A stretch of 64,000 nt of DNA from Leucoraja ocellata (lineage: Eukaryota), in assembly GCA_036785375.1 (NCBI GenBank), contig JAWMAR010000535.1, positions 310,001 through 374,000 on the forward strand. The letters are read 5' to 3'. Shown here in pieces: positions 11,871 through 24,037 of this stretch. The notes under the pieces are model-generated. The model saw nothing but the letters and a program-made list of their open reading frames with translations, was not told where the DNA came from and searched no databases. A program made the position numbers and the translations under genes. Numbering within the stretch: the first letter of the stretch is position 1; every line of letters begins with the position of its first letter.

Positions 11871-12262
11871 AAATCTCTGGTAGGCTCTGCTAAAATCCAC
11901 ATAGACAATGTGTATTGCTTTTTCCTCAGCAATCCTCCTGGTAATTCAATTTAGTTAGTTAGTTAGTTTAGTTTACCAAGGAACAGTAAAAATTACAGTA
12001 AACTAGAGCACCTGGAGAAAACCCACGCAGGTCATGGGCAGCATGTACAAACTCTATAGTGACAGTATCCCTAATCAAGATCAAACCCGGGTCTCTGGCG
12101 CTGTAAGGCAGCAACCCAATAACAACATCTCAGTTATTGATAGGATGGTTCAGTTGCCTTATAACAGCTAGGAAGAAACTTCAAGATGTCGCATTTGAAG
12201 AAAAATCAGTTTGGCATTAATGTGCTTCCAAAAATTACCTTTACATTGTTCTAACAAAAGAA

Positions 12263-13030
12263 GTACGTACATGGTAAATGGTAGGGAATTGAAGAATACA
12301 GTTGAACAGAGGGATCTGGGAATAACCGTGCATAGTTCCTTGAAGGTGGAATCTCATATAGATAGGGTGGTAAAGAAAGCTTTTGGTATGCTAGCCTTTA
12401 TAAATCAGAGCATTGAGTATAGAAGCTGGGATGTAATGTTAAAATTATACAAGGCATTGGTGAGACCAAATCTGGAGTATGGTGTACAATTTTGGTCGCC
12501 CAATTATAGGAAGGATGTCAACAAAATAGAGAGAGTACAGAGGAGATTTACTAGAATGTTGCCTGGGTTTCAACAACTAAGTTACAGAGATAGGTTGAAT
12601 AAGTTAAGTCTTTATTCTCTGGAGCGCAGAAGGTTAAGGGGGGACTTGATAGAGGTCTTTAAAATGATGAGAGGGATAGACAGAGTTGATGTGGACAAGC
12701 TTTTCCCTTTGAGAATAGGGAAGATTCAAACAAGGACATGACTTCAGAATTAAGGGACAGAAGTTTAGGGGTAACATGAGGGGGAACTTCTTTACTCAGA
12801 GAGTGGTAGTGGTGTGGAATGAGCTTCCAGTGGAAGTGGTGTCGGCAGGTTCATTGGTATCATTTAAAAATAAATTGGATAGGCATATGGATGAGAAGGG
12901 AATGGAGGGTTATGGTATGACTGCAGGCAGGTGGGACTAAGGGAAAAAAAAAAAAAAGTTGTTCGGCACGGACTTGTAGGGCTGAGATGGCCTGTTTCCG
13001 TGCTGTAATTGTTATATGGTTATATGGTTA
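12263..13030 (+). mobile_element. CR1 LINE 3' end (ORF2 C-terminus plus 3' UTR)
   Basis: RDLGITV..LYKALVRPNLEYGVQFWSP..LERRRLRGDLIEVFK; (GTTATATG)n tail. Confidence 0.92.
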
Positions 13031-14258
13031 AGTAAATTATAAACATTAAGAACAGTGGTTTTCTCAAGATTTCTGGCATCTGCATTTCCTTGTTGCTTCA
13101 CAATGGGTATAACAACATTTAGGAAGTGCAGAAAACAACACCTCTCCTTCTTCAACGTTCTTCCTTGAACTAGAGGTCCACCACTGATTTTCCGGCACTC
13201 TTGGTTCCAGAGCCTTTCTGGATTAGCTGGACCAAATAGAGGAATGAAATGGTGCCGGGACTGTCCACCCATGCCACCAGGGTGCCAAAATACTGGCCTA
13301 CAAAGTCAGCCTCAGAGGTTGGCTAAGGGAACGGATCTACAGGCTCCGGTCGAAAATTCAACCCACCGATTGGTCACGGAAGTCCCGATGAAGTCGATAT
13401 CGGCCGCCATACCCGGCCAAGGCACCACATTTTCGGAGGGATTTCCAGGGGGGAGGGGAGGATTTCAAGTGTGCTCTCGTAATTTTGCCCAAATGAAAAG
13501 AGATGTCGGACCACCAGTTGCTGGTATTGTCTACAGAAAAAAAAAAAGCGGTTTGTTCTGCTGAATATAAACAGCCTGGTAACACAGCCTCGTTTACAAT
13601 TTACAATGAAATACAAAGAGCTATTTTTTGTCTTTAAAAAGAAAACAGATGGGTCGGGCTCTGCGAGACATGGTAATGCGTGAAACCTGCTGATGCCTTG
13701 ATGGCTGCCTCTTTCATTTTGCAAAAAGCATGTTTGGATTTTCACACTTGGCTTTGCACTGTCTGTCAATAAAGATTCCCACTGTCAAAATTACTTTGTA
13801 GTTTGAAAACAAAAGAGCAAGCAGTCAACTGATCAAAACCGATTTGTTTCTCCTTACATCTAATTCACCCCAATGTGCATTGAAAATTGGAAAATTACTT
13901 GGCTGCCCTTGTTAAAAGAAGAGTTTTAAGGACAGAACTAAAGATGAAATAAAGATGTTCTTCAAAGCAAATGCTGAAGAAGAGCAGACATGCCTGGAAT
14001 TATTGGATTTTCGTGTTTGTTCCTTGTGTGATAGATAGGAGAATTTTACAATAAATATATGGGAATATATTTCATACAGACAGAAGCTGCAATCTCATTG
14101 TGATGTCAAATTGGGATTAATATTAGAGTAACTCAATGGGTCACAGGTTAATAGAGTATCTGTCCCTCCAATACTTTGTTTGTACTCAAGATTCCAGCAT
14201 TTGCAGGTCCTTGTGTCTCTGGGGATAAATATTTATTTAAAAGGGATTTCTAGTGAGA

Positions 14259-14725
14259 AACTTCAAGAGACGTCATGAAATTGCAGAGAATTGTGGATAC
14301 AGTCCAGAACATCACACAAAGCAACCTCCCTTCCATTGACTCCATATACACTTCACCAAGGACCAGTTGCACCCCAGTAACTCCCTCTTCACCCCTCTCA
14401 CATCAGGCAAGAGGTGTAGAAGTGTGAGAACGCACACCACCAGATTCAGGGACAGTTTCTTCCTAGCTGTTATCAGGCAACTCAACCATCCTATCACCTC
14501 TAGGGAGTGGTCCTGAGCAGCCACCTATATAATTGGACGTCTACAGATTGTCTTTAATCAGATTCTACTGGACTTTATCTTGCACTAAACATTATTCCCT
14601 TAATCCTGTATCTGTACACTGTGTACAGCTCGTTGGTAATCATGTATAGTCTTCCTGCTGACTAGATAGCACACAACACACTGTACCTCGGTAAACTTGC
14701 CAATAAACTAAACTAACTAACTAAC
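14259..14725 (+). mobile_element. Rex1/Babar-like LINE 3' fragment
   Basis: Degenerate HP..SLF.PL.SG.R.RSVRT.TTRFRDSFF.AVIRQLN, then a GTACCTCGGTA stem, AATAAA and (AACTA)n. Confidence 0.7.
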
Positions 14726-15067
14726 TACTGAAGCCTATCCTTTGGGATTGAAGGATCATGGATTTCCCCAGTTTGTTTTACGTTTGGTTAATTAAGGAGC
14801 CATGGAAGATCAGAATTATTATCTCCTTGGCAATGAAGAACTGGTCTGACACTATCCTCGGAGCAGGCAGCAAGTCTTCACACACTACCAGTCAATTTGC
14901 TCTGTATACTTTCAACTTCCCGGAAAAAGTATTTAATAAATGAATTTAGCCCTATTCTTAGTTCATTATATTATACCTAGTCTCTCAATCTGTGTAGTTG
15001 AAAGTATTTAAACAACATCCAAGGGAGATAGAACCAAGCAATTTTAAATAACTCTGAAAACAACTGC

Positions 15068-15290
15068 AGGCGGCACAGGGATCAGCTGGTAGAGTCGCTG
15101 TCTTGCATCACGAGAGACCTGGGTTTTGGTGCTTGCACATTCTCCCATTAACCAGGTCATGGGTTCCCTCCTGGGTGCTCCGGTTTTCTCCCACATCCCA
15201 AAGACATGCGAGTTTGTAGGTTAATGGACCTCTGTAAATTGTTCCTAGTTTGTAAGGAATGGATGTGAAATTGGGATAACATAGTGGATG
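15068..15290 (+). mobile_element. HE1-like V-SINE
   Basis: GGCGGCACAG head and V-core. Confidence 0.7.
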
Positions 15291-15559
15291 CATCATTTAT
15301 TGAATAATGCTACACAATAATCTACAAATCTTGTTTATTATAATTAATTGCAAAGACTTAATTGGCAATTGAGAAAAGTCTATTGCCACCCATGAGGTTA
15401 TGATTTACCATTCATGAATGGCTGTGACTGCACAAATTTACACATATGCAGCTATTTATGTGTTGTCAATCACTGGAATTCACCCCAATAATCTACATAT
15501 GATAAGTTTTACAAGACTGACAGTACAGGCTTACAGTTTAATGTCAAACAGCTTAGGGA

Positions 15560-15870
15560 TGCAGTGGCGCAGTGGTAGAGGTGCTGCCTTACAGCACCAG
15601 AGACCTGGGTTCGGTCCTGACTAGGGGTGCTGTCTATATGGAGTTTGTATGTTCTCCCTGTGACCACGTGGGTTTTCTCTGGGCGCTCTGGTTTCCTCCA
15701 ACATTGCAAAGACGAGCAGGTTTGTAGGTTAATTGGCTTCGCTAAGTTGTAAAATTGCCCCTAGTGCGTGTGTGTAGGTTAGTGTACGGGGTGATCGCTG
15801 ATCGGCATGTACTCGTGGGCTGAAGGGCTTGTTTCTGTGCTACATCTCTAAATTCTAAAAGTCTAAAGCG
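15560..15870 (+). mobile_element. HE1-like V-SINE
   Basis: A/B boxes, V-core, CR1-like tail. Confidence 0.85.
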
Positions 15871-16122
15871 ACAGATTTCATTAAAAAGACTTCAGCAGAT
15901 ATACTCCTACTCTGAATTCTGTGAGAATTCCTGAGAAATACACGCTGCTGCACATATCATTTTTGATGTCCATTGGTGGTTTCTTTAAAGAGTAGCACTG
16001 AGGAACTATAATTGTGTTTGGAATTTCTCCGGGTGAGAATATTGCAGTTTTTCACATTGTGGATGAAGTCTTCTTTCATCAGTAGTTTGCCACCATCAGT
16101 ATTTTGCCTTTTTTTCCCACAG

Positions 16123-16200
16123 AAATAAATCAAAAGTCATATATCCCTGTATGAAAATGAGGATAGCACACCAAGCACCGTATATCACAATTTACAATGA
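16123..16200 (+). CDS. Probable terminal cytoplasmic exon of the TIGIT-like gene (frame ambiguity)
   Basis: Strong acceptor ttttgcctttttttcccacag. Phase-1 reading gives EINQKSYIPV*; the adjacent frame gives SHISLYENEDSTPSTVYHNLQ* ending at 16200. Confidence 0.6.
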
Positions 16201-17804
16201 ATACAGCTGGATCTAATCTAATAGCTTCATTCAACAGGATGGAGTGCATTTCATTTGGCTTTGCTTGTCCATGTTATTGCAATTCCATATAAACTGCATG
16301 GGTCATTTCTCACTTATGAATGATTGGGATGTCATTGTCACTGCTGTGGCCTGATGAAGCTTAACCATACCTCATTCCAGTTTGAAATGTTGCTGAACTG
16401 GTGCACGATAAAGTATTGAGGAGACACACTAAAATCATTCGATATGTTATCTGCCATAAGCATGTAAGTGGAATCATTAGTTAGGTTGAAGCAGTACATT
16501 CATAAGACCACAGTTGGTTATTATTTATGTCTGAAGATACAATAAACTGCAGATGTTGGAATCAACAGCAAACAATAAACTACTGGAGAAACTCAGCAAT
16601 TCAGGCAGCATTTGTGACGGGAAATGTACAGTTGAAATATTAGGACAAGATCCTTCATCTGGATTGAGATTTAATTTCCTATTTTCTTAATTCTATATTT
16701 TACCAATATACTCTTTATATATTATGATTATCTCTCAACAGAGCATGGTCGAAACGCATCCAAAATACCTCCGATATATGAAAATGTGGATAACAGTAAG
16801 TTCAATAAGTCCTGTACCAATAATTCTCTGGCAAAGTAAAAGTCCTAAAGGCTACTCAAATGCTCGATTGACTGCGAGACAAACAATAAGGTGTGCTGGT
16901 GAAAGAATTTTTTCTCAGACTAGAAGGGATACAATGGTGTTCCTCAGGGTTTGGCATTAAGACCAACTGTGCTTTTGATTTACATTAATGACCCAGACTT
17001 ATGTAAACAGGGTTTCATAGTGAAGTTTGGAGATGGAACAAAACATGGAAATTTAGTAAGCCGTCAATAGGATAATAACCAATGAAATGAATAACAATAT
17101 GGCAGATAAATTAAGGCCAATTGGGGATGAATTAATTCAATTTGTTAGGAAGAGTGGGGAGAGTCAGTGTAAACTGATTGATATAATAATAAAGGTTGAG
17201 GAGATAAAGACACATTTTAGCTTTGTAAGTAGATGCAGAAGAGTATTAATGCAAGGAACTGATACTAAACCTAGGTAAAATGTTGATTAAGCACCAGCTA
17301 TGAGACTGTGGCCTACTCCGGATACCTATTGTGTAAAGTTTCTGAGGCCTCAGCATGGGATCAGAGATTTACAAGGGTGAGACCAGGGCTACCTTACTGC
17401 AGTAATGGGAATAGATTTGAGAAACTGTAATTGTTCTGAACAAAAAATGATTGGAACTAAAAGATTTGATTTGGAATGCTCAAAATTCTGAAAGATTATG
17501 ATGGGGAAGGAGGAAACAAAAGTATTGTCTTCAAAACAAAAGTATTGCTACCAAAAACAAATAGATTTAAGAAAACAATCAACATGGGAAAGAACTATAG
17601 AGGACTTGGGTAAAACATTCAGTGTACACAGCACTGAAAGGATCATGGTTGCCAAGTGACATTCTCTTGTCGTAGAGTTAAAAGACATCTCGACAGGTAC
17701 ATGGAAAGGCAAGGTTTAGAGGCATACGGGCCAAGCACGGCAGGTGGGACAAACAAAAATGGGGCATCTTTCAATCATTATCATCTGATTCAATTATATG
17801 AGTA

Positions 17805-18250
17805 TATCACTCCCACCACTTCTCTTATAGTGAACATTACTCCCACACATGTGCCATAGTGCACAACATTACTTCCATCATGCGTGTGCTATAGTGCACA
17901 TCACTTGTGTGTTATAGTACACAGCATTCATCCCAGCACTTGTGTTATAGTGTGCAACATTTCTCCAATCACTTGTGTGCTATGGTGTACATTACTCCCA
18001 CCAGTTGTGTGTTATAGTGAACATCACTCCCTCCCGTGAGTGAGCTATAGAGCACACTGTTCCCACTACTTGTGTGCTTTAGGGCACAACGTTATTCCCA
18101 TCATGTGTGTGCCAGAGTGGGCATTGCTCCCACTACTTGTGTGCTACAGTGGGCAACATTATTCCCATCACTTGTGTGTTAAAGTGTACATTTCTCCTAT
18201 TGGGCACATTACTTCCATCACATGTGTGCTATAGTGCCCAACATTACCCC
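17805..18250. repeat. Degenerate minisatellite, unit about 33-36 bp, roughly 13 copies
   Basis: Recurring CATTACTCCCA(T/C)CACTTGTGTGCTATAGTGCA(CAA). Confidence 0.85.
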
Positions 18251-18569
18251 TCCATCTAAAGTAAAAATTGTTTCACATTTACAGTTACATGCTTTAATGA
18301 GGCCATTAGTATGATCCTAACAGTTCTATTGGGGCAGCTGAACACAACTTCAGAAAACAGATCCCATCTGATTAAATGGTGATGCTTCATTAAAATAATC
18401 TCATTCATGCATGTCTTACTTAAAATACATGAGATAGATTATGGTCAGTGTAACCTTTGCTTTAGGCTGCACACACACACACAAATTCCATTTCTTCTAC
18501 ACAAACTGTGAATCTATTGCTAATTCAGGTAGCTTTAGTACATCATGGCATGAGTACTTAAACTTTAGA

Positions 18570-18805
18570 CCAACCAATGATCACCCTGTACACTAGTATT
18601 ATCCTACATACTAAGGCCAACTTACAATTTTACTGAAGCCAATTAACTTACAAACCTGTATGTCTTTTGGGAGGAAAGGTGGGAGGAAACCGGAGCATCC
18701 GGAGAAAAGTCACGCAGCCACAGGGAGAATGCACAATCTCCTTACAGACAGGATTGAACCCAGGTCTCTGGCACTGTAAGGCAACAACTAGGCCACTATG
18801 CCACC
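18570..18805 (-). mobile_element. HE1-like V-SINE
   Basis: Reverse-strand V-core GTGGGAGGAAACCGGAGCA and tRNA head. Confidence 0.8.
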
Positions 18806-18974
18806 CGATGATCAACTTTTCCCAAAGATCTTTGCCCATTATCAGATACGGCTGATACAGATACTTTAGCACCTGTGGTAGCCACACAGAAGTCAGCCTT
18901 ACAGCAATCGAGGGTCTGTGTGTGCTTTCCCATTTCAAATGTGAAATAAGACCTCAGTATAATATAGAAAAACA

Positions 18975-19175
18975 AGGAACCACAGACGCTGGTTTACAAA
19001 AAAAGACACAAAGTACTGGAGTAACTGAGTGGGTCCGGCAGAATCCCGAAGAATATAGATAGGTAACGTTTCAAATTCAGATTCAGTCCGAAGAATGGTC
19101 TGAACCCAAAATGTCACCTATTCATGTTCTCCAGGGATGCTGTCTGACCCGCTGAGTTACTCCAGCACTGTGTTT
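18975..19175. mobile_element. Head-to-head Penelope-pLTR-derived palindrome (degenerate)
   Basis: CTGGAGTAACT.AG.GGGTC ... GACCCGCTGAGTTACTCCAG inverted arms. Confidence 0.7.
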
Positions 19176-20061
19176 TTCTTTCACAGCATAGTATGATTGT
19201 TATTAAACATATATTATTAGCTAAACCTTTCTCATTACCAAACATAATGTGGGCTCTCTGCGTTTTTCAAGGATCTGTTCAGCACTTCCAACATTATCAG
19301 TTTTACATTTGTGTTTTTGCTCTCTAATTTAAAGATGATCTCAGGCCTCCTTTCAGTATTGCATGACTAAGTTTGACATCATCCTGGACATTAATACACT
19401 TGTTATTGAATTATGCTACTCATGCATATGACATTTAGTCCTGTCTGTGGAAAGAGAAAGGACAAATAGACTGAAATTACATCATAGGATATTAGTAGAA
19501 GAATTCTTAATGAAGGTCTCAAACATATCTTCCTGCTATTTTAACAGGGATATTAAACTATTTATCTAATTGCATAAATTAGCGCCATTGATTTTCTCAT
19601 AATCTTTGCCATATCTAAAATTAATGATGCTTAAAAATAACTTAAAATGGGAAATTTAGATCAGTTTTTATGCTTGCAGCTCTAAGAAAACTGTTGTCAG
19701 TGCAGAACATGATACTTGGTGCTTGAATTAATAGCTGACACAGGTCACCTTGCCAGCTAGTTACGTGGCACAACCAAATGGAGGAGAGTTAAAGGTGTCT
19801 GTTCAGTTACAGCGTACTCTGCTGTGTTCCTCTCTGATGCTGTAGCAAATTTACAATTAAGAACGATGAAGAATTTTGGTAAGCTGTTGTCACATTTTCA
19901 TGTGAGATGATGCCAAAAACGTTATTCTTCACTTTCATTCAAACTCTGTTCTGATATACTGCTTCAAGTTTGTCTACATTACACTGCTCTGGCTGGACTC
20001 CATGTTTAGGGAGGCGGTTTCCTAAAAATTAAAGGAAATTAAATGAGGAGGAATTTATTTA

Positions 20062-20221
20062 NNNNNNNNNNNNNNNNNNNNNNNNNNNNNNNNNNNNNNN
20101 NNNNNNNNNNNNNNNNNNNNNNNNNNNNNNNNNNNNNNNNNNNNNNNNNNNNNNNNNNNNNNNNNNNNNNNNNNNNNNNNNNNNNNNNNNNNNNNNNNNN
20201 NNNNNNNNNNNNNNNNNNNNN
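20062..20221. other. Assembly gap (160 N)
   Basis: Run of N. Confidence 1.
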
Positions 20222-20774
20222 GTACAGTGAAAAGCTCTTGGTGCGTGTTAACCAGTCAGCAGAAAGACAATACATGATTACAATTGAGTCATCCACAGTG
20301 TACAGATACATGATAAAGGGTATAACGGGAAAGGGGAATGATAAAAGGTGGTGAATCTGTGGAATTCATTGCCACAGACGGCTGTGGCGACCAAGTCATT
20401 GGGTATTTTTAAAGCAGAGATTGATAGGTTCTTGATTAGGTATGGCATCAATGGTTCTGGAGAGAAGGCAGGAGAATGGGAAAAATAGATCAGTCATGAT
20501 CGAATGGCGGAGCAGACTCAATGGCCCTAATGGCCTAATTCTGCTCCTATGTCTTATGGTTTTACGGTCTTATGGAAATAATTAGGATTTTTTTGTTGGA
20601 GATTTGCAATCCATGCAGGATGTTTCTTGAGCGGGCTCTATAACAGGCATGATTTCGTATGTGATCCAACAGCTTTTGTCAATGGCAAAGTGCATAATTG
20701 GCAAGAGATTTTGGGGGGTTTATCAGCAGAGATTCATATAGATCAGGCTTCTGATCCCATGTTTAACCCCTGTG

Positions 20775-21005
20775 ATAGGTACAAAATGCTAGGGCAACTG
20801 AATGGGTCAGGCAGCATCACCAGAGAAAATAATTGGTGACGTTTGTACTTAGAACCCCTCTGCAGACTTCTTTGGTCTGAAGAAGGGTTCAACCTGAAAC
20901 ATGACCTTTACTTTTTCTCCGGAGATGTTGTCTGATCCGTTGAGTTACTCCAGCATTTTGTGTCTATCTTTGCTACAAATCAGCATCTGCAGTTCCTTCT
21001 CACAC
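20775..21005. mobile_element. Head-to-head Penelope-pLTR-derived palindrome
   Basis: Inverted arms around about 20870; CTGAAGAAGGGTTCAACCTGAAAC on the + strand. Confidence 0.75.
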
Positions 21006-21139
21006 AGTAAATCTGTGAGCTGGTGAAACCAAAGATTGCTCTTCAGACCAAGTGAAGACTGTTAAATGATATACACAGACAACAAATCAGGACTTTAAAA
21101 GAAGGGATATAATTCAATTTTATATTACTGCACAGGGGA

Positions 21140-21310
21140 ATAATAATAATAATAATAATTTTTATTTATATAGCACTTTTAAACAAAATCACTTTGAACC
21201 AAAGTGCTTTACAGAGATTGATCAAATTAATTGAATAGATTAAATGTCAATAAATTCATACAAAATTAAAAAAAAAAAGAAAAAGATAAAAAGGAAAAAG
21301 ACACAGAACT
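21140..21310 (-). mobile_element. L2-type 3' tail
   Basis: Minus strand TGTAAAGCACTTTG..AAAAGTGCTATATAAATAAA followed by (ATT)n. Confidence 0.7.
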
Positions 21311-22410
21311 AGGCTGAGGTTAGGTCACGCGAGGGAAAAAAATATATTTTTTAATACAACTTAATTTTCTTCTGATCAATACTGGATTGATTATAAAAAT
21401 GATAACTGGGTGCATATAGTCATTAGGAGGAGAGTTGACAGGCATAGTCATACAGTGTGGAAATAAGCCCTTCGGCCCAACTTGCCCACACTCACCAGCA
21501 TGTCCCATCTATATTAGTCCCACCTGCCTGCGTTTGGCTCACATCCCTCTGAATCTGTCATATACATGTACTGAATAACATAAAAAGGAACAAAATTTTT
21601 CCATAGTCCTATAGGTAGCAAGCAGGCAGTAAGTAATGTTGGGGAGGAAGGGAAGCCCATTAGAGACCAAAAATGGTGACCTGTTGATAGCTGCTGACTC
21701 GATTAGTAAATTGCTTCTATCTTTATCGAGGTAAAGATGAGATGGTAAGATAGTTAAGAGGCTAAAATGCAATAAAGAGGAAGGCAAGCCATATTTAAAG
21801 TAGGTTGGTCAGCAGGTTTGAATGGGATGTATCCTAGGTTGTTGAGGAAAGAAATTATAGAGACACCCACCTTGACAGGCCAACCATCCTCAGAAACAGG
21901 CATGGAGGACAACTGAAGAACTGTAGCATTCTGTCACTTGTTTAAGATAAGGTCCTAAAGAAGAACCCAGCATTTAAATGCCATTCTGGTTATCCTCACT
22001 GGTGAAGTTGTTATGAGAAGTAATAAATCAGGAAAACCTAAGGGTCGCTTGGCTGATAGCCAATTAATTAATGGGAACCAGCAAACCAAAATGAAAACCA
22101 ACAAATCTAATTGAGTAATCAATGAGGATTGATGAGAGCAATGTGGGGGATAAGGATTTCCAGAGAATTTGATAAATTAGCACTTAATTGAATTCATACC
22201 AGAATTCAAGTCCATAGAATGAAAGGGTGTGATAAAAATGGACATCAATGATACCATCCTTTTATGTGACATTTGTTACTGATTTGTATGCGCAGGGATA
22301 TTCTAAAAGATGCAGATTCCATAAAGCTGGGATATTTAGTATAGATATTCACATTCATAAGGAATGGCAAAGCGACCATGGTTCAATATCAGGTTTAGCA
22401 TCCATTCATT

Positions 22411-22930
22411 GGGGCGGCACAGTGGTGCAGCAGTAGAGTTGCTACTTCTCAGCACCAGAGACCCCAACTTGATCATCACTGTGCTTGCTGTCTGTATGGA
22501 TTAGTACATTCTCCCTGTGATCACATGGGTTTTCACCTGGTGCTCTGGTTTTCCTCCCACATTCCAAAGATGTGAAGTAGGCTAATTGGCTTCTGTAAAT
22601 TGCTCTTAGTACATCACATGGTTAGCCTGGAGAAACTATGATTGACGACAGGGCATCACGGTGGCACAGCGGTAGAGTTGCTGCCTTACAGCGACAGAGA
22701 CCCGCGTTCGACAATGGGTGATGTCTGTACGGCGTTTGTACATTCTCCCTGTGTCCACATGGGTTTCCCCCAGGTGCTCCGGTTTCCTCCCACATTCTAA
22801 AGAACTATAAGTTTGTAAGTTAATTGGGTTGATAAAATTGCAAATTGTCGTAGGATAGCACTATTGTACCGGTGCTTGCTGGTCGCCGTGCACTTGGCGG
22901 ACCCGCGATGTTTCTGCATTGTATCTCTAT
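22411..22930 (+). mobile_element. Two adjacent HE1-like V-SINEs (about 22411-22610 and 22652-22930)
   Basis: Two tRNA-like heads, each followed by a V-core. Confidence 0.8.
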
Positions 22931-23309
22931 CTGTTCTTGGGCCGTCTAAGCTAAGAGTAGAGGGGGATGTAATAGAGGTATTCAGTATCATGAGGAGTCC
23001 AGTCAGGAAGGTAGGAGTGAAATGTTTTTTTATTGGTAGTACCATGAGATCCAGGTCTAAATGATTGACAAGGGAATGAGAACTCTCAGGAGGAAGAATA
23101 TATTGTTACACAGTGGGTGGTTAGCATCTGGAGGCAGCACAAAATGTGGTTTTGGACCAGTTCTTGATGAATAGTCATTGAAATGCGGCTAGGAAAGAGT
23201 GGGGTGGAATAGATAGATTGATTGATTGATTGAATGAGTGATACTTTTGGTACAGTGAAATTCCTTGCTTTGCTTACCTCCTCGGTCGACTGTCAGGACT
23301 CACGTGGAA

Positions 23310-23490
23310 AACGGCGTTCTGACATCCCTTCCCTCATCAACGTCCCTCTCCCCTCGCTAATATCCCTCTCTCTCTCTCTGACATCCCTTCCCTCATTCCA
23401 ACATCCTCTTGCCAACCTCCCTTGCTCTCTGATATCCCTCTCCTCTCGCCAATGTCCCTCTCTCTCTCTGATGTCCCTTTCTCTCGCCAA
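23310..23490. repeat. Pyrimidine-rich degenerate tandem repeat
   Basis: Recurring CTGA(C/T)ATCCCT and CGCCAA(C/T)GTCCCTCTC blocks. Confidence 0.6.
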
Positions 23491-23751
23491 CGGGCCGAGT
23501 CTGGGTTGGCTCTGTGGCGGCGACCGAGCCTGGTCCTGGTTGGATCCACAGCAAAGGCTGGGTCGCTCCAGCACGGCTGCACAGCGCTCGCCAGGAAACT
23601 GGGTTGCTTTTGTAGATAGGCGGCACTGATTTGTGGTAAATAATCTCCTAATACAGTTTACCATTTGCTGATTCTTTGACTAAAACCTTACTCTTGTGAT
23701 ATTAATTTTTCTGTATTTGGCATTGTCTACACTGTTAAGTGAATTCTCGAG

Positions 23752-24037
23752 ACTTTAGACTTTAGAGATACAGCGTGGAAACAGGCCCCTTGGCCCACCA
23801 ACCAGCGATCACCCCGTATACTAGCACCATTACACACACTGGGAACAAATTACACTTTACAAAAGCCAATAAACATACAATCCTGTACGTCTGCGGGAGG
23901 AAACTGGAGCACCTGGAGAATCCATGTGGTCACAGGGAGAATGTACAAACTCCAAACCCACAGCACCCGGAGCCAAGATCAAACCCATGTCTCTGGAGCT
24001 GAGGCAGCACCTTTACCACTGCACCACTGTGCCACCC
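23752..24037 (-). mobile_element. HE1-like V-SINE
   Basis: Full reverse-strand head, core and tail with (TTTAGAC)n. Confidence 0.8.

Noticed and set aside
13170-13560. Possible DNA-transposon remnant (also 26945-27225)
   Set aside because: Composition suggests a repeat, but no TIR pair or TSD could be defined.
17805-18250. CRISPR-like periodicity
   Set aside because: Units are contiguous and degenerate with no unique spacers, the context is eukaryotic, and no cas genes are present.
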